DNA of 64,000 nt from an uncultured Clostridia bacterium (GTDB lineage Bacteria > Bacillota > Clostridia > TANB77 > CAG-508): NCBI GenBank assembly GCA_934141555.1, contig CAKPCK010000001.1, positions 67,163 through 131,162 of the forward strand. Direction: 5' to 3'. The notes beneath the pieces are model-generated. The model did not search any database. It was given only the letters and a program-made list of their open reading frames with translations, and had not been told where the DNA came from. Every line of letters begins with the position of its first letter. The stretch's first letter is position 1. The position numbers and the translations under genes are program-made. Positions 11,863-23,236 of the stretch are shown here, in pieces.

Positions 11863-11889
11863 TTAGCAGTCAAACAAAAAGAGTGCTAA
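11863..11889 (+). promoter_or_regulatory. CIRCE operator (HrcA binding site)
   Basis: TTAGCAGTC-N9-GAGTGCTAA against the consensus TTAGCACTC-N9-GAGTGCTAA (one mismatch). It sits between the promoter and groES. Confidence 0.85.
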
Positions 11890-11896
11890 AGTATAA

Positions 11897-12217
<321 letters not shown>

Positions 12218-12230
12218 AAAAATTATATTA

Positions 12231-13896
<1,666 letters not shown>

Positions 13897-13920
13897 TAAA
13901 ACATTATACAAAAGTGTCGA

Positions 13921-13952
13921 AAAAAGCAACAAAATTAATTTTGTTGCTTTTT
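13921..13952 (+). terminator. Rho-independent terminator after groEL
   Basis: AAGCAACAAAA-ttaa-TTTTGTTGCTT followed by TTT. Confidence 0.8.
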
Positions 13953-13984
13953 ATATAAAAAAATGACTTGTATGTATACATAAC

Positions 13985-14013
13985 TTGCAAAAAAAGTAAA
14001 AATATGGTATAAT
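13985..14013 (+). promoter_or_regulatory. Strong sigma-A promoter for the small-ORF cassette
   Basis: TTGCAA-17 nt-TATAAT with a TGG extended -10. Confidence 0.55.
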
Positions 14014-14054
14014 AGTTCTATCATGATGGCAAAAGCCAAGGAGGTAAAAAAATC

Positions 14055-14192
14055 ATGATTGTATATGACAGAAAGTCTGGTTTCTACTGTGTTGACACTT
14101 CAGCTTCTATCGAAGAGTTCTTTAAATGGCAAAAGGTCGTTTGCAATTTGAACAAGAACCTTCTCAAGTTGAGAGAAATCAGAGCAAATTAA
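14055..14192 (+). CDS. Small hypothetical protein, 45 aa (MIVYDRKSGFYCVDTSASIEEFFKWQKVVCNLNKNLLKLREIRAN); not in the ORF track
   Basis: AAGGAGG RBS 8 nt upstream of the ATG. Flanked by a dedicated promoter and terminator. 35.5 % GC (49/138 counted), and uses GAC/TTC/AAG/CTC codons unlike its neighbours. Confidence 0.45.
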   Translation: MIVYDRKSGFYCVDTSASIEEFFKWQKVVCNLNKNLLKLREIRAN

Positions 14193-14202
14193 TCCCTGGC
14201 GG

Positions 14203-14230
14203 GGACTCAAGCATTGCTTGGGTCCTTTTT
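14203..14230 (+). terminator. Rho-independent terminator of the small-ORF cassette
   Basis: GGACTCAAGC-att-GCTTGGGTCC 10-bp stem (one G-U pair) followed by TTTTT. Confidence 0.8.
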
Positions 14231-14270
14231 ATATATGTTTTTATAGAAAGAAAAAATCACAAAAATTTCA

Positions 14271-14299
14271 TTGACAATTCAAATTATTATCCTTATAAT
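14271..14299 (+). promoter_or_regulatory. pflB promoter
   Basis: Perfect TTGACA-17 nt-TATAAT. Confidence 0.65.
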
Positions 14300-14371
14300 T
14301 AGTATGGCAAAAGAATAAAAATGTAATACAATAAACAAATATGGAAAAAATAAAAATGGAGGTAATAAAAA

Positions 14372-16609
14372 ATGGATTTTGAACAATGGAAAGGCTTTGA
14401 AAAAGGCGAATGGAAAAGAAAAATTGATGTAAGAAATTTCATTCAAAAGAACTATACACCATATGAAGGAAATGCAACATTTTTAACAGGAACAACAGAA
14501 AAAACAAAAAAATTATGGGATGAAGTATTAAAATTATATGAAAAAGAAAGAAATTCAAATGGTTCAGTATTAGATATAGATACAAAAACAATATCAACAG
14601 TATCAGCACATGAAGCCGGATATATAGATAAAGACTTAGAAGAAATAGTAGGATTACAAACAGATGCACCATTAAAAAGAGCAATAATGCCTTATGGTGG
14701 AATCAAAATAGTAGAAAAATCATGTGAAGCTTATGGAAGAGAAGTAGACCCAGAAGTTGATAAAATATTCCATACAGTAAGAAAAACACACAATGATGGA
14801 GTATTTAGTGTATATACACCAGATATAAGAGCTGCAAGAAGTGCACACTTAATTACAGGACTTCCAGATGGATATGGAAGAGGAAGAATAATTGGAGATT
14901 ACAGAAGAGTAGCACTATATGGTGTTGATGAATTAATTAGAGAAAAACAATTAGATTTAGAAGAATTAGATGTAGATGAATTTACAGAAGATGTAATAAG
15001 AGAAAGAGAAGAAATCTATGAACAAATAAAAGCATTAAACGAATTAAAAGCAATGGCAGCAAAATATGGATTTGATATATCAAGACCAGCTGGAAATGCA
15101 AAAGAAGCAATACAATGGTTATATTTTGGATATTTAGGAGCAATAAAAGACCAAAATGGTGCTGCAATGAGTATTGGTAGAACATCAACATTCTTAGATA
15201 TATATATAGAAAGAGATATGAAAAATGGAACATTAACAGAAGAACAAGCACAAGAATTAATGGATCATTTTGTAATGAAATTAAGATTAGTAAGATTCTT
15301 AAGAACACCAGAATATAATGAATTATTCAGTGGAGATCCAGTTTGGGTAACAGAAAGTATTGGTGGTATGGGAGTTGATGGAAGAACATTAGTAACAAAG
15401 AACTCATTTAGAGTTTTACACACACTAGAAAATTTAGGCCCTGCACCAGAACCAAACTTAACAGTATTATGGTCAACAAGATTACCAGAAGGATTTAAAC
15501 GTTATACAGCAAACTTATCAATCAAAACATCTTCAATTCAATATGAAAATGATGATGTAATGAGAACAACATTAGGTGATGATTATGGAATTGCTTGTTG
15601 TGTATCACCAATGAAAATAGGAAAACAAATGCAATTCTTTGGAGCAAGAGCAAACTTAGCCAAAACATTATTATATGCAATAAATGGTGGAAAAGACGAA
15701 AAATCTGGAAAACAAGTAGCTCCAAGATTTGAACCAATAACATCTGAATATCTAGATTATGATGAAGTTATGGTAAAATTTGATCAAATGATGGATTATG
15801 TAGCAAAAATTTATATAAAAGCATTAAATGCAATACACTATATGCATGATAAATATTCTTATGAAGCAATAGAAATGGCTTTACATGATAAAGATGTAAT
15901 AAGAACAATGGCATGTGGTATAGCAGGACTTTCAGTAGTTGCAGACTCATTATCAGCAATCAAATATGCAAAAGTTAAAGTAATAAGAGATGAAAACGGA
16001 TTAGCAGTTGACTATGAAATTGAAGGAGATTATCCAAAATTCGGAAATGATGATGACAGAGTTGATCAAATAGCTGTTGATGTTGTAACACAATTCTTAA
16101 GAAAATTAAAGAAACATCCTGCATATAGAGGAGCAAAACAAACATTGTCAATATTAACAATAACATCAAATGTTGTATATGGAAAAGCAACAGGAAATAC
16201 ACCTGATGGAAGAAGAGCAGGAGCTCCATTTGGACCAGGTGCAAACCCATTACATGGAAGAGATACAAATGGTGCATTAGCTGTAATGAACTCAATTGCA
16301 AAATTACCATTTGAAGAATCAGAAGATGGTATTTCATTCACATTTGCAATTACACCTTCAACATTAGGTCAAGATATGTGGACAAAAGAAACAAATCTTG
16401 TAAGTATGTTAGATGGATATTTTGCAGAAACAGGACATCATATTAATGTTAATGTATTTGATAGAGCTTTACTTGAAGATGCTATGGAACATCCAGAAAA
16501 ATATCCTCAACTTACAATTAGAGTTTCAGGATATGCTGTAAACTTTACAAAATTAACAAGAGAACAACAATTAGATGTAATTAACAGAACAATTCATGAA
16601 AGAATTTAA
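14372..16609 (+). CDS. pflB: Formate C-acetyltransferase (pyruvate formate-lyase, glycyl radical enzyme)
   Basis: 745 aa. Active-site GIACCVSPM and the C-terminal glycyl-radical motif RVSGYAVNF. Confidence 0.95.
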   Translation: MDFEQWKGFEKGEWKRKIDVRNFIQKNYTPYEGNATFLTGTTEKTKKLWDEVLKLYEKERNSNGSVLDIDTKTISTVSAHEAGYIDKDLEEIVGLQTDAPLKRAIMPYGGIKIVEKSCEAYGREVDPEVDKIFHTVRKTHNDGVFSVYTPDIRAARSAHLITGLPDGYGRGRIIGDYRRVALYGVDELIREKQLDLEELDVDEFTEDVIREREEIYEQIKALNELKAMAAKYGFDISRPAGNAKEAIQWLYFGYLGAIKDQNGAAMSIGRTSTFLDIYIERDMKNGTLTEEQAQELMDHFVMKLRLVRFLRTPEYNELFSGDPVWVTESIGGMGVDGRTLVTKNSFRVLHTLENLGPAPEPNLTVLWSTRLPEGFKRYTANLSIKTSSIQYENDDVMRTTLGDDYGIACCVSPMKIGKQMQFFGARANLAKTLLYAINGGKDEKSGKQVAPRFEPITSEYLDYDEVMVKFDQMMDYVAKIYIKALNAIHYMHDKYSYEAIEMALHDKDVIRTMACGIAGLSVVADSLSAIKYAKVKVIRDENGLAVDYEIEGDYPKFGNDDDRVDQIAVDVVTQFLRKLKKHPAYRGAKQTLSILTITSNVVYGKATGNTPDGRRAGAPFGPGANPLHGRDTNGALAVMNSIAKLPFEESEDGISFTFAITPSTLGQDMWTKETNLVSMLDGYFAETGHHINVNVFDRALLEDAMEHPEKYPQLTIRVSGYAVNFTKLTREQQLDVINRTIHERI

Positions 16610-16613
16610 TAAC

Positions 16614-16647
16614 AAAAAAATCCTATGCGATTTGCATAGGATTTTTA
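16614..16647. terminator. Bidirectional terminator between pflB and the convergent gene
   Basis: AAAAAAATCCTATGC-gattt-GCATAGGATTTTT. Confidence 0.8.
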
Positions 16648-16654
16648 TATGATA

Positions 16655-17155
16655 TTAATGATTATTGTCATCATCATAGTAGTTAGTTCTTCTATTATTA
16701 GAAGAAGCATAATACCAAATTAGAGCAATAATAACAGCAGCTGCAACAGCAATTATAAGCCAAGTCCACATAGTAGAATTCATACCTAAGAAATTAGCTG
16801 TGTTTGCATCTGTTGCTGTTCTAGTAGCATTATAACCTGTAGTATTTCTAACTGCTGTATTAGCATCATTACCAATACCAGTCATAATATCATTATTATT
16901 AGTATTATTTGTAGTATTAGTATTTGCATTATTGTTGTTATTATTCATATTAGTCATATCATTTATTCCATCTCCAACACCTTTTACGGCATCTTTAACA
17001 GCATTTTCAGCTCCACCAACAACATCTCTTACACCATTAACAACATCATTACCAGCATTTTGCATAGTATTTTCAGTAGCAAAACTTAAAGTAACAGAAA
17101 AAGAGAATATTATTGCTATAGCCAAACCAATTGCAAGAAACAATTTTTTACTCAT
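16655..17155 (-). CDS. Asn/Thr-rich envelope protein with N-terminal signal/anchor and C-terminal TM helix, function unknown
   Basis: 166 aa. N-terminal MSKKLFLAIGLAIAIIFSF, central poly-N/T low-complexity region, C-terminal WTWLIIAVAAAVIIALIWYY. Confidence 0.7.
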   Translation of the reverse strand: MSKKLFLAIGLAIAIIFSFSVTLSFATENTMQNAGNDVVNGVRDVVGGAENAVKDAVKGVGDGINDMTNMNNNNNNANTNTTNNTNNNDIMTGIGNDANTAVRNTTGYNATRTATDANTANFLGMNSTMWTWLIIAVAAAVIIALIWYYASSNNRRTNYYDDDNNH

Positions 17156-17253
17156 AATGTCTAAATTCCTTTCTAAAAATTACAATTAAAGGTTTCAAAA
17201 CAAAACCTTATTTATAGTATTAATTTATTAAAACAAAATATACTTGAAAAATC

Positions 17254-17282
17254 TTGCAAAAAAATAAAAAATCATATAAAAT
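17254..17282 (+). promoter_or_regulatory. Candidate promoter for recX-scpA
   Basis: TTGCAA-17 nt-TAAAAT. Confidence 0.4.
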
Positions 17283-17303
17283 TAATCAAAAGGAGCAAAC
17301 ATA

Positions 17304-17807
17304 ATGAAAATTATAAACAATGTAGATGATTTTAAATCATTAAAATCAATAGATTTAGAAGATATAAAAACTACTAAAATTGATGATTTAAAAAGAAAAG
17401 ATGAAGCTAAAACAAGAATAATGAAATATATAACATATAAAAAAAGAACAGAGCAAGAAGTAAGAAAAAAATTCAAAAATGAAATAGATGAACAATTACT
17501 TGATGAAATAATTGAATATCTAAAAGAAGCTAACTATTTAGATGATTATCAATTTATTCAAAAACAAGTAAATGAATATATGATGTTAAAAACATTATCA
17601 ATAAAAGAATTAAAATACAAACTTTTAGAAAAAGGATTAGACAAAAAATTAGTCGAAAAATATATAGAAGATAATAGAGAAGAACTTGAAGAATATGAAA
17701 AGAAATGTATAGAAAAAATAAGAAGAAAAAAAGCAGGAAATATGGAAGAAGAAAAAATTAATCAATATTTGTTTAGAAAAGGATATCCAATAAGCAAATA
17801 TGAATAA
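17304..17807 (+). CDS. recX: RecX-family regulatory protein
   Basis: 167 aa. Repeated three-helix pattern (YLDDYQFIQKQVNEY..., LKYKLLEKGLDKKLVEKYI, INQYLFRKGY) typical of RecX. Confidence 0.7.
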   Translation: MKIINNVDDFKSLKSIDLEDIKTTKIDDLKRKDEAKTRIMKYITYKKRTEQEVRKKFKNEIDEQLLDEIIEYLKEANYLDDYQFIQKQVNEYMMLKTLSIKELKYKLLEKGLDKKLVEKYIEDNREELEEYEKKCIEKIRRKKAGNMEEEKINQYLFRKGYPISKYE

Positions 17808-17850
17808 ATTAATTTTGGATAGAGTTGTAGCTTAAAGGAAGGAAAAACAA

Positions 17851-18618
17851 ATGCAAAATTTAATTACAATGGGAAAAATATATTCTATAAAATTAGAAAA
17901 TTTTGAAGGACCATTAGATTTATTATGTCACTTAATAGACAAAAATAAAATGGATATTTATGACATAAATATAAGTGAAATAGCAGATCAATATATAGAT
18001 TATATAAATCAAATGGAAAAAATGAATTTAGATATAACAAGTGAATTTTTAGTTATGTCATCAACATTATTATATTTAAAATCAAAACATTTATTACCAA
18101 AAGTAGAATCAGAAGAGGAAGAAATTACAGAAGAAGAACTTATTAGAAGAATAATTGAATATAAAAAATATAAAGAAATAACTAAAAAATTAAAAGAAGC
18201 ATTTTTAGTAAATTCAAAAAGATTATTTAGAATGACAGAAGAAATTGAATTACCAAAACAAAAAATTCAAAAAGAATATACACCAAATATAATCCCAGAA
18301 ATTTATCAAAAATTGTTGCAAACAAATGCTGAAAAAATAAATGAAAATGCTGCAAATATTGAAAAAATAGCGATTACAGAAACATTTTCTGTTGGAGATA
18401 AAGTAAAAGATATGTATAGAGCACTAATAAAATATAAGAAATTTACATTTAATAAATTATTTACACTAAAAAAACATAGTAAAAATGAAGTTGTTACAGC
18501 ATTTACAGGTCTTTTAGAAATGTCACGTAGAAATAAAGTTGTAACAGAACAAGATGAGTTGTTTGGAGATATAGAAGTAGAAAAGTCAAAATTTCACCCA
18601 AAACAAATTGAAGATTAA
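17851..18618 (+). CDS. scpA: Segregation and condensation protein A
   Basis: FEGPLDLLCHLIDKNKMDIYDINISEIADQYIDYI N-terminal signature; 255 aa. Confidence 0.9.
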   Translation: MQNLITMGKIYSIKLENFEGPLDLLCHLIDKNKMDIYDINISEIADQYIDYINQMEKMNLDITSEFLVMSSTLLYLKSKHLLPKVESEEEEITEEELIRRIIEYKKYKEITKKLKEAFLVNSKRLFRMTEEIELPKQKIQKEYTPNIIPEIYQKLLQTNAEKINENAANIEKIAITETFSVGDKVKDMYRALIKYKKFTFNKLFTLKKHSKNEVVTAFTGLLEMSRRNKVVTEQDELFGDIEVEKSKFHPKQIED

Positions 18619-18665
18619 AAAAGAAAAAATAGGAAAAAATAATATTATAACTTTTAAGAAAAGAG

Positions 18666-19256
18666 TTGATAATATTGTTTTTTCTTTTTATATTAGTAAT
18701 ATTTACAATTTTGATGATTGCAATACATACAAGTAAAATTGGTATAGATATAGAAAATCTTATAATTGATACAGATGCAGAAGAAAAAATAAATGAAGAT
18801 GGAAAAATATATGTTTATTTATTATTATTTAATAAAATCAAATTGTTTAGGAAAAATGTAAGAAATATACCAATGAAAGATGTGAAATTCGAAGCAAGTG
18901 ATTTTGATATAAAGATTTTTAAAAATAAAGATATAAAAATAAATTATTTTGAATTGATTAGGAATATTAATATAGATATAAAAAATATAGATTTGAATGT
19001 TAAGATTGGAACAGAAGATGCAGGAGTAACTGCAATATTAGTGGGAATTTTTGCTGGAATATTGGGAATAATTATAAAAAAGCCGAAATATCAGATTTTG
19101 CCAATTTATGCAAATAGAAATTTATTAAAAATTAATCTAAATGGTATATTTACAATATATTTGATGCATTATATATATAAATTTATAAAAGACAATATAA
19201 AGGAAAGGTTTATGGATAAATCCTTAAATAAAAATCTAAATTTTAAAGTAAGGTAA
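18666..19256 (+). CDS. DUF2953/YtfI-like membrane protein (TTG start)
   Basis: N-terminal TM and an internal GTEDAGVTAILVGIFAGILGI segment. Lies immediately upstream of ytfJ, as in Bacillus. Confidence 0.5.
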   Translation: MIILFFLFILVIFTILMIAIHTSKIGIDIENLIIDTDAEEKINEDGKIYVYLLLFNKIKLFRKNVRNIPMKDVKFEASDFDIKIFKNKDIKINYFELIRNINIDIKNIDLNVKIGTEDAGVTAILVGIFAGILGIIIKKPKYQILPIYANRNLLKINLNGIFTIYLMHYIYKFIKDNIKERFMDKSLNKNLNFKVR

Positions 19257-19264
19257 GTGATATT

Positions 19265-19882
19265 ATGGGAGAACATCCTATTGAAAATTTAATGATGACA
19301 GCAATGAATAGTATTCAAAACATGGTAGATGTGAATACTATAGTAGGTGAACCAATTCAATCAATGAATGGAATTACAATTATTCCAATTTCTAAAGTAT
19401 CTTTTGGATTTGCAGCAGGTGGAAGTGAATTTTCTGGTGAAACTATAAAACAATACAGAATGAAAGATAAAGATGAAGAAATTGAATATAAATTACCATT
19501 TGGAGGTGGAGCAGGGGCAGGTGTTTCAATAAATCCAGTTGCATTTTTAGTTGTACAAGGAGATAATGTAAAATTAATGCCTGTTGACCATCAATCTTGT
19601 ATTGATAGACTTATTGATTATGTTCCAGATTTAATTCAAAAAATTAATGAAATGTTTAATAAATCTATTTGTCAAAAAGATGAAAGAACAAAAAGAATTT
19701 TAGAAGATATAAAAAAGAAGAATTGTAAAAAATCGGATTGTAATAAGAATCAAGAGGGAAAAGGTGAAGATGTGAAAAAACAAGATGAAAAAATTGCTCA
19801 AAATGAAGCTAATTCTCAAAAAGAAAATAAGATGAATATTGAAATTGTTGAATCAGATGGGGAAATTTTTGGTGAAGAATAA
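19265..19882 (+). CDS. ytfJ: Sporulation protein YtfJ (GerW family) with a charged C-terminal extension
   Basis: VGEPIQSMNGITIIPISKVSFGFAAGGSEF ... LPFGGGAGAGVSINPVAFLVV core. Confidence 0.8.
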   Translation: MGEHPIENLMMTAMNSIQNMVDVNTIVGEPIQSMNGITIIPISKVSFGFAAGGSEFSGETIKQYRMKDKDEEIEYKLPFGGGAGAGVSINPVAFLVVQGDNVKLMPVDHQSCIDRLIDYVPDLIQKINEMFNKSICQKDERTKRILEDIKKKNCKKSDCNKNQEGKGEDVKKQDEKIAQNEANSQKENKMNIEIVESDGEIFGEE

Positions 19883-19887
19883 TGAAA

Positions 19888-19925
19888 TAAACATATCAAT
19901 TTTTTATTGATATGTTTATTTTTTA
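19888..19925 (+). terminator. Rho-independent terminator after ytfJ
   Basis: AAACATATCAAT-ttttt-ATTGATATGTTT followed by a T-rich run. Confidence 0.75.
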
Positions 19926-19993
19926 TTGACAAAAAAATTAATTAATGCTTTAATGAAATTATTAATATATATTTGTACAAAGGAGAATATAAG

Positions 19994-20335
19994 ATGGGTT
20001 GGGAGACAAGTCATAGAAAAAGAAATATAGATCAAGTAGATTTAGAAGGAATAGATAGAGATAGAAGAAGAATTTTAAGTGGATATGGAACTTCTCAAAA
20101 CGGTTATAGTAAAGAAACACAAGAAGAAGATTTAACATCTGTTAGAGACATTTTAGGGGAAATGCCAGAAGATATGGATGATGATATTATGAAAGCGATA
20201 GAAACAATTGACGAAGAAGTAACACCACAAGAAAGAAGAGATATGCTGGAAACAACAAAAGATGTTAGAGAAATGTCAGAAGAAGAATTAGATTATGACT
20301 TTCATGCTAAGTTGGAAGAAGTAATGAGACGTTAA
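19994..20335 (+). CDS. Small acidic hypothetical protein (113 aa)
   Basis: The ATG at 19994 is preceded by AAAGGAGA. The TTG at 19973 in the ORF track lacks an RBS. Confidence 0.55.
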   Translation: MGWETSHRKRNIDQVDLEGIDRDRRRILSGYGTSQNGYSKETQEEDLTSVRDILGEMPEDMDDDIMKAIETIDEEVTPQERRDMLETTKDVREMSEEELDYDFHAKLEEVMRR

Positions 20336-20353
20336 AATATATAGGAGGAAAAA

Positions 20354-20815
20354 ATGATGACAACAAATGAAAAGAAAAAAATAAATGAATATAGAAAGGC
20401 TTTAGCAGAACTTGATGGGATATTTGATAAGTTTGAAAAAGAAATAAAAAATAAAGTACCAGAAAGTTTTAGAGAATTTGTAAAAGATAAAAAAGATAAA
20501 AATTATAAATTTGAATATGATGATTCTAAAGAACTAAAAGATCAAAACATATTAAGAGAAACTAAAGTCTTATTATCAATAATGTATAGAAGCTATTTTT
20601 GTAGTGAAGAAGAAAAAAAGAGATTAGAATTAGAAGACGAAAAAGAATTAAAAAGAATTGAAGATGAAATAAGAGAAAAATATAACCCAGATAATATTTT
20701 TAAGAAAAAAGAGAATGTTCAAGAAGAAAATAAAGAAGAATTACAACTTGTCGAAGTAAAAGAAAGTATATTTAAAAAAATTATTAATAAAATAAAAGAA
20801 ATATTTGTTAGATAG
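20354..20815 (+). CDS. K/E-rich hypothetical protein (153 aa)
   Basis: RBS TAGGAGGA upstream. Co-oriented and 18 nt after the previous small gene. Confidence 0.6.
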   Translation: MMTTNEKKKINEYRKALAELDGIFDKFEKEIKNKVPESFREFVKDKKDKNYKFEYDDSKELKDQNILRETKVLLSIMYRSYFCSEEEKKRLELEDEKELKRIEDEIREKYNPDNIFKKKENVQEENKEELQLVEVKESIFKKIINKIKEIFVR

Positions 20816-20857
20816 AAAATAAATTCATATATAAATAATAAAGAGAAAGTTTTATAA

Positions 20858-22243
20858 CTATCTCTTTTCAACAATCATAGGTCCTATATTTGTAACAGTT
20901 CCAGCTCCTAAAGTAAGAACAATATCATCTTTTTTTACATTTTCTTTTAGATAAGAAGCACATTCTTCAAGAGAAGGAAGATATATAGCATTTTTTCCTA
21001 ATTCAATTATTTTATTAACTAAATCTTTTGAAGAAATATTATAAGTATTAGTTTCTCTTGCTGCATAAATATCTGTAACAATAATATTATCAAATTCAAG
21101 TAAAGCATTTGCAAAATCATCTAAAAGATTAAATGTTCTACTATATGTATGTGGTTGGAATACAACCCAAGATTTATTATATTTTTTATTTTTTAAAGCT
21201 TTTGCAGTAGCTTTAACTTCTGTTGGATGATGACCATAATCATCATAAACTCTAGCACCATTTAACATACCTTTAAATTCAAATCTTCTATCAGCACCTT
21301 TAAATTTATGAATAGCATTTTTTATATCAGTTTTTGAAATTCCATAAGTATCACATAACGCAATACAAGCTAAAGCATTTAAAACATTGTGTTTTCCTGG
21401 TATAGAAAGTGAAATATGTTCATAAAATTCATTATATTTATAAACATCAAATTCAGCCATTCCTTCATCATCAAATTTAATATTTTTTGCTTGAAAATCA
21501 ACATCATCATTTTCGATACCATATTTAATTGCTTGAGCTTTTGAATAAACAGGTAGATCTAAACAATTATTATCATCAGCATTTATTATTAAATGTCCAT
21601 CTTCAGGTAGTAATTTTACATATTTTATAAAAGCATTCTTTATATTTTCTAAATTTTTATAATAATCTAAATGATCATTATCAATGTTTAAAATTATTTC
21701 AGATTTTGGACTAAATTTTAAAAAACTCTCAACATATTCACAAGCTTCTATTATAAAATTTTCACTATTTCCAACTCTATAATTTCCATCAAGTTCTTTT
21801 ATTATTGCACCAACTTGTATACTTGGATCTCTTAATGCTTCTAAGAAACATAAAGAAACAAGTGATGTTGTAGTTGTTTTTCCATGTGTTCCTGAAATTG
21901 CAATAGTATTTTTATAACATCTTGTAAGTTCACCTAAGAAATCAGATCTTTCTATAGTAGGAATTCCAAGTTCTTTTGCATGTACAAGTTCTGGATTGTC
22001 TGGATGAATTGCGGCTGTATAAACAACACAATCAGCTCCAATTACATTTTTTGCATCATGACCAACAAACACTTTGATTCCTGCATTTTCTAAAGTATGT
22101 AAAATTTCTGAATCAACATTATTGCTTCCAGAAACAGAAAACCCCCAATTAGCAAGTATTTCTGCAATTCCACTCATGCTAATTCCACCAATTCCTATCA
22201 TATGTATTTTTTGATATTTTTTAATATTTTCAATATTTGGCAT
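20858..22243 (-). CDS. murC: UDP-N-acetylmuramate--L-alanine ligase
   Basis: 461 aa. IHMIGIGGISMSGIAEIL N-terminus, ISGTHGKTTTTS P-loop, and Mur ligase C-terminal domain. Confidence 0.95.
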   Translation of the reverse strand: MPNIENIKKYQKIHMIGIGGISMSGIAEILANWGFSVSGSNNVDSEILHTLENAGIKVFVGHDAKNVIGADCVVYTAAIHPDNPELVHAKELGIPTIERSDFLGELTRCYKNTIAISGTHGKTTTTSLVSLCFLEALRDPSIQVGAIIKELDGNYRVGNSENFIIEACEYVESFLKFSPKSEIILNIDNDHLDYYKNLENIKNAFIKYVKLLPEDGHLIINADDNNCLDLPVYSKAQAIKYGIENDDVDFQAKNIKFDDEGMAEFDVYKYNEFYEHISLSIPGKHNVLNALACIALCDTYGISKTDIKNAIHKFKGADRRFEFKGMLNGARVYDDYGHHPTEVKATAKALKNKKYNKSWVVFQPHTYSRTFNLLDDFANALLEFDNIIVTDIYAARETNTYNISSKDLVNKIIELGKNAIYLPSLEECASYLKENVKKDDIVLTLGAGTVTNIGPMIVEKR

Positions 22244-22474
22244 TATAAAATCTCTCCTTGTATTTTCAAAATATATGTCTAAATTATTAGTTCACATTAT
22301 ATACTTATATAATGCAAATTTCAAGTTTTTTGAGACAATAAATCTAAAAAAAAATAAAATAAAAAATTTTTTTGAAAAAAAAGAGGGAAAAAAGAAAATA
22401 TTGGAGAATAATAGACTAGTACATAAGATATAAAACTTATTAGTACAAAAAATTTAACAGTGGAGGTGCACACA

Positions 22475-22747
22475 ATGCAAATAACAGACGTACGTTTAAG
22501 AAAAGTAAATTCAGAGAACAGAATGAAAGCTGTTGCTTCTGTAACATTCGATAATGAATTTGTTATCCATGATATCAAAGTTATCGAAAGTCAAAATGGA
22601 TTATTCATTGCTATGCCAAGCAGAAAAACTCCAAACGGAGAATTCAAAGACATAGCTCATCCAATCAATGCTGAGACAAGAGAAAAAATTCAAAAAGCTA
22701 TTTTAGAAGCTTACAACGCTCCTGAAACAGAAGAATCAGCAGAATAA
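22475..22747 (+). CDS. spoVG: Septation/sporulation regulator SpoVG
   Basis: [11 protein letters not shown]...[45 protein letters not shown]. The ATG at 22475 is preceded by GGAGGTG. Confidence 0.95.
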   Translation: MQITDVRLRKVNSENRMKAVASVTFDNEFVIHDIKVIESQNGLFIAMPSRKTPNGEFKDIAHPINAETREKIQKAILEAYNAPETEESAE

Positions 22748-22762
22748 TATATAAATATTATT

Positions 22763-22790
22763 AAAGCCCCAATTAAGGGGCTTTCTTTTA
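22763..22790. terminator. Bidirectional terminator between spoVG and the convergent small membrane gene
   Basis: AAAGCCCC-aattaa-GGGGCTTT followed by a T-rich run. Confidence 0.75.
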
Positions 22791-22793
22791 TAT

Positions 22794-23039
22794 CTATATA
22801 ATTTGTTTCCTGATAGAATCAACAATAATACCACAAATGACAAATTGTGTAGCAAAAGTAAAACTAGACTTAATTAAAACTTCACCAATATGATAAAATA
22901 AGTTAATTCCAAGTAATATGTAAGAAATTAATATTGCAGATGCAATAATTGCAAGAAATATTGAAAATAATATACCATATTTTATAATTTTATAAGTATC
23001 TTTATCTAAATTTTTTAATCCTATAATAATTTTATTCAT
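22794..23039 (-). CDS. Small membrane protein (81 aa, 2 predicted TM), unknown function
   Basis: ORF with two hydrophobic stretches. Terminator shared with spoVG. Confidence 0.5.
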   Translation of the reverse strand: MNKIIIGLKNLDKDTYKIIKYGILFSIFLAIIASAILISYILLGINLFYHIGEVLIKSSFTFATQFVICGIIVDSIRKQII

Positions 23040-23174
23040 GATAAATTTCAGTCCTTTCTGTCTTAAAACAAAGGCAAAATAAAATTAGTTCTTATAATTA
23101 ATAATAACATCAAAATTTGTCGAAATCAAAGGAAATAAATTACAAATAATTACAAACATTTTTTCGAAAATATA

Positions 23175-23203
23175 TTGACTAATAAAAACAAAAAATATAT
23201 AAT
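23175..23203 (+). promoter_or_regulatory. radA-disA promoter
   Basis: TTGACT-17 nt-TATAAT. Confidence 0.6.
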
Positions 23204-23236
23204 TCAAAAAGAAAAATAAGATAGGAATGATGAAAA

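Noticed and set aside
14015-14230. Possibility that the groEL-pflB intergenic transcript is a known structured RNA (6S, SRP/scRNA, riboswitch, T-box)
   Set aside because: The 5' and 3' ends are not complementary as in 6S RNA, and I could not find an SRP domain-IV motif, a T-box specifier or a T-box sequence. pflB has its own promoter downstream of a strong terminator. A coding small ORF with a strong RBS fits better, but an Infernal/Rfam scan is still needed.
22383-22409. Sigma-H-type promoter upstream of spoVG (GAGGGAAAA ... AGAAT)
   Set aside because: It resembles the RWAGGAWWW/RGAAT consensus, but it has a mismatch in the -35 and a 13-nt spacer instead of 11-12. That is too weak to call without transcript mapping.
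23100-23175. CtsR operator or other heat-shock box upstream of radA (radA often lies in the ctsR-clpC operon)
   Set aside because: No GGTCAAA-N3-GGTCAAA direct repeat is present. Only short TTCGAAA palindromes occur, and clpC/ctsR are absent from the window.
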